From Paraspadella gotoi (lineage: Eukaryota > Animalia > Chaetognatha): DNA of 5,554 nt. The position numbers were made by a program, and so were the translations under genes. Below, piece by piece: positions 1-5,554 of the stretch. The notes beneath the pieces were generated by a model. That model did no database searches. It was not told the origin of the DNA and worked only from the letters and a program-made list of their open reading frames with translations. How positions within the stretch are numbered: position 1 is the stretch's first letter; every line of letters begins with the position of its first letter. The DNA lies in assembly GCA_051294375.1 (NCBI GenBank), contig JBJCIZ010001340.1, positions 1 to 5,554 on the forward strand. Direction: 5' to 3'.

Positions 1-31
1 TAATCCAAGCATGTGTCGCTCCATGGTTGTA

Positions 32-372
32 AGATGCTGTAGGTTGGCGCTGATCGGAGGAAGGACGTCCGGATGTAGAGACGGGCGGGTTTGGCTTGGT
101 GTCACTGGTGAGAGAAGATGAGAGAGATGAGCATGAGAGTAGAATATAGAGAGAGTAGAGAAGAGAGAGAGAAATGGGCTGAGAGAGATGAATTGAAGGT
201 GGCCGCTGGATTCGGTGGAAATGGACCGGATGTAGAGACGTGGAGGGTAGTTGGTAGTCACTGGTGAAGTGAGGAGAGAGAGAGAGAGAGAGAAGAGAAA
301 GAGAGAGAGAGAGATGATTGAAGGTGGCGCTGGAATCGGAGGAAGGACCTGGATGTATGAGACGGGCGGGTT
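32..372. repeat. Degenerate tandem repeat, about 2.7 copies of a ~80-bp GC-rich core separated by GA tracts
   Basis: Cores start at 32, 186 and 312. Exact shared blocks: CCGGATGTAGAGACG (69-83, 226-240), GTCACTGGTGA (101-111, 257-267), ATCGGAGGAAGGAC (53-66, 335-348), GAGACGGGCGGGTT (78-91, 359-372). GA-rich spacers at about 110-188 and 274-314. Confidence 0.92.
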
Positions 373-384
373 GAGTTTCGTGTA

Positions 385-551
385 CTCTTTCTCTCTATCT
401 CCCTATATCTCTCTTCCTCTCTTCTCTCTCTCCCACCCTCCCTATCCCCCCTAATTATCATCTCTCCCTCTTTCTTTCTCCGCTCTCCTTTTCCCTCCCT
501 TGCAACTCTCTTTTTCCTCGTCTCTCATCTCCCTCTTCTCCTCTCTCTCTC
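385..551. repeat. Degenerate (CT)n polypyrimidine low-complexity tract
   Basis: Almost entirely C/T with scattered interruptions. Confidence 0.9.
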
Positions 552-1958
552 AGGATCCTGTGATCGCGATGTCCTGCTCGTCCATCTGGATCGAAATATC
601 CACGTCACCAGAATTCTAAATATCATTTTTTTTTCCATCGTTGTAATCATTATTATCGTCAATGCTTTTGCTTGTCGTACATTAAATGTACTTATTGTAT
701 TCCGAATAAGTGGACAACAGCTCGGGTTTGAAATTTTTACTCCATGAGCATCCACCTGCAGGTCATCACATATATTTATTTGTTTTCTCCTCATCGTAAC
801 CGAAGTTCAGAAAGAGTTCTTCACTTACATTTTGAGATTGCCGCCGTAATCACCACCGGATTAAGAAATTATACTTGCGTCTAATACCATACTGAATTGA
901 CGGAACTGTACTGTTTTCCAGTTCTTGTCTATCTAATTGGATGGTAAAAAATACAGTACTGAGCAGCGTAAAAAAAAAAAACTGCTTTTGAGATTTTTCG
1001 AAGATATTATATATCGTTAATTACATATTCCCGAGAATATATTTTAGTCATTATGCTTACTGGTACATTGGATATAGATTGAGGAATGAGGTCAATATTG
1101 GTAAATCTCTCAAGTTTCATTTTATTCGGAACTCGTGTGTCGATATATAGTTATATCTATAATGTAATTAAATCCCTAGTCTCTTACTTAAAATTCACCG
1201 TTCTTTTTTTATTTGGATTCCATATACAGAACGGTTATAATCTTTACCTAAATTATTTTGAAGGTCTGGGTTGCGGCAATAATCATGAACACTTTTTATA
1301 ACTATCTAGTCTCTCAGAGATTAAATTTCTAACACTTTTATATATGTAATAGAACTAATATTTCCTATGAAATAAAAAGCTCTCCATGGCACTAATCGAT
1401 AAGGATTATTTATCTCTTTAATATTATGTATTTATTTTTACGATATGATTACTCAAATAATACAGTCACTTAACCATTATTTATGGATATTTGGAGATCC
1501 TGGGCTCGGTATGTGTTGGCAACACTGTTCGACTCATCTCACTGCTTCTACATTTCAGATTTCAGAAAATATCAGTTAAATACTATTTTAATTAAAACTT
1601 ATTTAAAAAATTAAATGGTAAGAAAAAAACATAGTTTAATTGAAGATAAGAAATACTAAATCTTCAAGATTTTTTACTTTCTCACTATTATCAAAGGCAA
1701 TATCTACAATCGATCCATATCATATTTGCTTAGACTTTTTTTTTCTACTCTCAGTTAATTAATGACATCTTTAACAGTTTAGCAATGGCAGTATTTTTCT
1801 AGCAGAGGGTTCAAATGGTTCTTTTTAAATGTATTATTTTTATGTTATTTTTTTCAGTTTTTCTCTGTTTTAAAACTGCTTTAAAAACCTGCATGAAAAA
1901 TCAGATTTCAGTTTATCTATCTGCAGCTTAACTCAAACGTAAGAAGGATCAGTGGCTG

Positions 1959-2008
1959 CTCTCTCTCATTCTCTTTCTCTCTCTCTCTTCACTCTCTCTC
2001 TCTCTTCT
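1959..2008. repeat. Imperfect (CT)n microsatellite
   Basis: CTCTCTCTCATTCTCTTTCTCTCTCTCTCTTCACTCTCTCTCTCTCTTCT. Confidence 0.92.
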
Positions 2009-2113
2009 GAAGACCTCCGGCTGCGTTATAAACGGACATAAAACATGACAAAATTTTTCACATCAAGAAGAAATCATGATTCGCAAATAGCTGCGAGATG
2101 ACATTTTAAATAA

Positions 2114-2227
2114 TTTTAAAGTCGGTCTGCTCATCGCAGATTCCGACTCCTATACATTCACTTTGTCGGTCGCGCGGTCCCACCCAAATCTCTGTCGGTA
2201 AATCATGTTTTATCATATCAGAACATC
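2114..2227 (+). mobile_element. Putative 5' end of a Helentron-associated (HINE/DINE-1-like) non-autonomous element, copy 1 (module A)
   Basis: Hairpin AGTCGG(2120-2125)/CCGACT(2143-2148) with inner TCTGC/GCAGA, then CTATA..CTTTGTCGGTC..CGGTCCC..TGTCGG..TCAGAACATC. Colinear with 4768-4879. GTCC/GTCT-like decayed repeats follow at 2261-2300. The repeat itself is clear; the family call comes from architecture only. Confidence 0.6.
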
Positions 2228-2349
2228 AAAGTCATGATACAGTTAGTGCAAAAAAATGATGTCCGTTTGTCTTTCAGTGTCTTGTCCTGTCTGGTCCATC
2301 GAGGTGTCGCGTCCCACCTTAGCAATAAAACCTTTAAATTCCTCGTGAC

Positions 2350-2445
2350 TGGATGGATGGACTTGATATAGAAATTTGTGTGTGGGTAGGATAGTGGAGT
2401 TATTGAGTGCTATGATTCTCGATGGAATCGGTGCAACATGGAAAT
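2350..2445 (+). repeat. Internal module B, inverted homolog of 5029-5121
   Basis: TGGATGGATGGA (2350-2361) is the reverse complement of 5110-5121. TTTGTGTGTGGGTAG (2375-2389) matches the reverse complement of 5083-5097 at 14/15. ATTGAG, GATGRAATCG and TGGAAAT follow in the same order. Confidence 0.85.
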
Positions 2446-2517
2446 ATGGAAGTGTTAAATGGGAAAACAAAGTACATTTACTTGAAATTCTTTTGCTTTA
2501 TAAATCTATAATATTGT

Positions 2518-2669
2518 GAATTCGAATTACTGCTTTCAAGCTGACGAAAAAAAACTTTTTTAAATTTTTTAATTTTCTATTATTTAGTACTGAGTACTTT
2601 GTATAATCTATGGCCTATCAGCGAAAATTGAGAAAACTTAAAATAATATTGTTTTATACATCAACGTTC
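2518..2669 (+). repeat. Dispersed AT-rich repeat D, copy 1 (old TE fragment, unclassified)
   Basis: Colinear anchors shared with 3665-3804: GAATTCRAATT, CTGC, AAATTTTT, TAGTACT, TATAA..TATRGCCTA, GCGAAA, AAAAC.TAAA.TAAT.TT.TTTTA, AAYGTTC. Confidence 0.75.
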
Positions 2670-3664
2670 ATAGAATCAACCTATTCGAAATTTCACTACG
2701 CCCATAAATACTTCGTATGACTGAGAAAAAAACTACTTGACCAAAATTCATAATCACTAACAAGAAGGAATTAACAAACAAACAAAAAATTCTTAATAAA
2801 CAAGGAATCGCTACTATGACGACTCCAAACAATAAAAAATCCACTATTCACTGTTCTATTGGAGACATGCGGCCAAAGACACAAAAACACGTGTAATTGG
2901 TGAGAAAGAAGGGGGTTTTTTTTTTTGTTCCCCGTCTTTTAAAAAAAAATTAGACCCAATCACAGCGTTGCTAGAAAGCTACCGGGTAGGTATTTTACCA
3001 GGACCACAAAAATTCCCCACCCCAAAACACAAGATTTTCTTCTAAAAGCGAATCATTTTTTTATCAATAAATTCCTTGATGGAGAAAAATAAACGGCTTT
3101 TATTTTTTTGTTTACAAACAACAAGTTTGTATTTACTGAAACTTCTTTTCAGCGCTTGAGAAGACTCGAAAAAAGAGTAATAAGAGCTAGCAGATAATAC
3201 AGAAAAACTAAAATAATAATCAAATAAGTCGAGAGAGAAGAGGGAGAGCAGAGAAGGAAAGGCAGAAGACAATGCGACAATGGCGTCAAATTAAATTATA
3301 TAATCTAGGATCGGGATAGAACTAAAATTTTCTAGCATTATTAAAAAATTTTAATAATACATTTACGCAAGTAGCATATTATATAGTCTAATAAATAAAC
3401 GATAAAACAATAATAGTTTTCTCTAAGAATTTTGAATTGCGCATTACGTCATAAAAAGTTGCTAAAATAAATAAACTCTTTCTAATTTGAAAATTCATCA
3501 GTTTTAGTTACAAAATTAATATAAATAAGCTATTATTTTTTTAAGCTGAAAAATTAACTTTCATATAATATAAATATAGTTTTTTTAATTTTTAACCCAC
3601 TTATTTAAAGAATTTTTTAAAAATGCGCTTTTATATTTCTTCTTCTATCGAACTTATTGACGAG

Positions 3665-3804
3665 GAATTCAAATTCTGCACATCAAAAATTAAGAAAAAG
3701 CTTATTTGAAATTTTTGATTTTATAAGGATAGTACTATATATAACATATAGCCTACTGCGAAATTAAAAAACATAAATTAATTTTATTTTACAAATTAAT
3801 GTTC
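3665..3804 (+). repeat. Dispersed AT-rich repeat D, copy 2
   Basis: Direct homolog of 2518-2669. Weaker similarity may continue to about 3900 (vs about 2730). Confidence 0.75.
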
Positions 3805-4592
3805 GCTAATGCAGTATGTTATTCATAAATTGATCATTTAGTATTTCCATATTAACTTTCAACTAGCTCTAATGCGTCACGTATGTAATGAAGATAAACA
3901 GAAAGAGAAATTTGACTCTTAAAATTTAAAAATTATGATTGCTATTAAAAATACAGTCCGCTGCAAAAAAAAGAGAACACTCTCTCTAAATTTACAGTTT
4001 TTATTCGATTTAAATACTGCATTATATCTATAAACATTTATGAAATGATTAATTGTAGAGCAAAAATGGGAATCCATATTTATAAGTTAAAAAAAATTCG
4101 GGTTCAAGCATTCTGAACTTTTTAAAATCTTTTATGCTTATCCTTGAATATTGATGATGATTGATATTTTTTGGGTTTTTTCCATATTTTGGACACAGTT
4201 ATCATCAAAATACTTAGAAAATAATTATACTTTTTACAAGCAATTTTGAATCTGCTTTTTAGAAATACAAAATTCCAAAACAGATTTACATTTCCTATCT
4301 ATAAAATCAAAAAAATTAATTACTAGTGCTTCTAGCCATTTTAACAATTTTTGGTCCATTGAAAGTTCTTTGAATGTATGAAGTTTCATTTGAGAAGTTT
4401 CCCAAAATCAAACTTCTAACCCAACCATTGACATAGATTGGCCATATTTTAGTTTATAAATATTAATATTTATCATAATTTTATTGGAGAATTAAAAATA
4501 ATGTAAATTTAATTGTGCGAATATTGGTACCATAGTTGTTCCTATAAACTGTATTGTTGTATATATGGATTATTCTTTAATTGCAAAAACAG

Positions 4593-4683
4593 CCTCGTAA
4601 CAATGGTGCAAGGCGTCCTGTTGAGTGACAACTCGCCAAATGCTTTGTTCACTTTACCAAAAGAGGATTTTGAAAATCTTAAG
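4593..4683 (+). other. Possible isolated exon or coding relic (LVTMVQGVLLSDNSPNALFTLPKEDFENLK)
   Basis: Locally higher GC, CAG at 4590-4592, strong donor-like AAG|GTGAG at 4681-4688, and only one open frame. No recognisable homology and no partner exon found. Confidence 0.2.
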
Positions 4684-4767
4684 GTGAGCAAAATATGTGC
4701 CTTATATCGTTTCATATTATATTACGTTTTGGAAGGAGGGGAAATATAGAAATTTAATTAAATTAAA

Positions 4768-4879
4768 TTTTTAGTCGGTTCTGCTTATCAACAGATTCCG
4801 ACTCTATAATCCGCTTTGTTGGTCCATCGGTCCCCCCTTTAATCTTGTCGGGCACTCACTTAAATAATGTCAGAACATC
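4768..4879 (+). mobile_element. Putative 5' end of a HINE/DINE-1-like element, copy 2 (module A), truncated
   Basis: TTTTT (4768-4772), hairpin AGTCGG(4773-4778)/CCGACT(4798-4803) with inner TCTG/CAGA, then CTATAATCCGCTTTGTTGGTCCATCGGTCC..TGTCGG..TCAGAACATC. Confidence 0.65.
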
Positions 4880-4900
4880 GAATTAAACAATAAATTATAC

Positions 4901-5179
4901 AAACAAGTTTGAGAAAACAATGTCGGATCTGCCTACACTAATTAAGCGGTAATCAGCTAATCTGATGATAAATGATGATATTTTTTTTCAATTTCAAATC
5001 ATAACAGGTCGTTTTTTCATGCAAGCTCATTTCCACTCCTCGATTTCATCAAAACTTTATATTCTGCTCAATCACACACTTTCTACCCACGCACAAACTT
5101 TCATCTCATTCCATCCATCCAATTATGATTAACTCGAATAATTATTGGTTAAAATTAGCAAACAGATTCAAGTAAATGT
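4901..5179 (-). mobile_element. Putative 3' portion of the same element family (modules C and B plus 3' terminus)
   Basis: The minus strand ends GCAGATCCGAC (subTIR, 4932-4922; 10/11 to the reverse complement of the 5' subTIR GTCGGTTCTGC at 4774-4784), then a mini stem-loop GTTT-TCTC-AAAC and terminal CTTGTTT. Contains module B (5029-5121) and the module C anchor (5167-5179). Confidence 0.6.
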
Positions 5180-5200
5180 GACTCATTAATTAATTAAAGT

Positions 5201-5435
5201 GAAAAAATGATGCAATTTGAAAAATTCATGTAAATTAAAAAAATGATGAAAGTTAAAAAAATTATGCACATAGAAAAATTGATGCAAGTTGAAAAAATGA
5301 TGCAAGTTCAAAAAATGATGCAAGTTCAAAAAATTGAGCGAGTTTTAAAAAATGGTGCAAATTGACAAAATGATGCAAATTAAAAAAATGATGCAAGTTA
5401 GAAAAATGATACAAGTTGAAAAAATGATGTGAATT
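5201..5435. repeat. 18-bp minisatellite, 13 units, consensus GAAAAAATGATGCAAGTT
   Basis: Units start at 5201, 5219, 5237, 5255, 5273, 5291, 5309, 5327, 5345 (19 bp), 5364, 5382, 5400 and 5418. Accounts for the NLHHFF-repeat ORF 5262..5456. Confidence 0.97.
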
Positions 5436-5436
5436 T

Positions 5437-5550
5437 AAACAAGTTTGAGCAAACAATGTTGGATCTGCCTACAATAATTAAGCGATAATAAATAAATCCA
5501 ATGATAAATCATGGTCATTTTTTCTGATGTTCAATTTCTTAACAGATCAT
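5437..5550 (-). mobile_element. Second putative 3' terminus; direct repeat of 4901-5012 at 536-bp offset, probably continuing beyond the window
   Basis: AAACAAGTTTGAG[A/C]AAACAATGT[C/T]GGATCTGCCTACA[C/A]TAATTAAGCG..ATGATAAAT..TAACAG.TC. Inverted repeat GTTTG-AG-CAAAC at 5443-5454 and subTIR-like GTTGGATCTGC at 5458-5468. Confidence 0.65.
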
Positions 5551-5554
5551 ACAA

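Noticed and set aside
251-461. ORFs 251..454 (+) and 258..461 (-)
   Set aside because: Translations of GA/CT microsatellite (ER and SL repeats) within a noisy tandem repeat.
121-490. PacBio SMRTbell adapter remnant or fold-back chimera (GAGAGAGAT, ATCTCTC)
   Set aside because: The adapter loop sequence is absent, and the repeat core does not reappear inverted after 385.
903-959. Short hairpins GAACTG/CAGTTC and GTACTGT/ACAGTAC
   Set aside because: Stems of 6-7 bp, single copy, at chance level.
1509-1558. 50-nt intron-like GTATGT...TTTCAG
   Set aside because: Splicing gives no extended reading frame, and such signals are common in AT-rich DNA.
1086-3272. ORFs 1086..1301, 2243..2470 and 3042..3272
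   Set aside because: Short, compositionally biased as expected from AT-rich DNA, no recognisable domains; 2243..2470 lies over repeat module B.
3462-3508. Hammerhead-like CUGAUGA...GAAA on the minus strand with a CUAAAA/UUUUAG stem I
   Set aside because: Stem II is out of register, lacks the G-C closing pair and has a 2-nt loop; stem III is essentially unpaired.
4750-4770. Perfect 10-bp AT inverted repeat at the element flank
   Set aside because: Pure A/T palindromes are frequent at this composition, so no target preference can be inferred.
4904-4913. CAAGTTTGAG (also 5440-5449), identical to the last 10 nt of nematode SL1
   Set aside because: The 5' half of SL1, the GT donor and a proper Sm site are missing; the terminal stem-loop explains the motif better.
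5201-5456. CRISPR array or NLHHFF repeat protein (ORF 5262..5456)
   Set aside because: Units are contiguous with no spacers, and the 19-bp unit shifts the repeat frame, which argues against coding constraint.

Overview
AT-rich, apparently eukaryotic, non-coding window. None of the eight supplied ORFs is a credible gene, and I see no rRNA, tRNA or CRISPR array. The main structure is a cluster of diverged pieces of what looks like one non-autonomous rolling-circle transposon family (Helentron-associated, HINE/DINE-1-like). It has two 5' ends on + (about 2114 and 4768: T-run, subTIR hairpin AGTCGG..TCTG..CAGA..CCGACT, then GTCGGT-type repeats) and two matching 3' ends on - (4901 and 5437: subTIR, mini stem-loop, CTTGTTT). 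Internal modules are shared in inverted and permuted order, and an 18-bp x13 minisatellite lies between the two 3' ends. Also present are a second dispersed repeat (2518-2669 / 3665-3804), CT/GA microsatellites and an indel-rich 3-copy tandem repeat at the left edge that may be unpolished long-read sequence. The family assignment rests on architecture read by eye, not on a database hit. I found no evidence for a novel protein-coding system.
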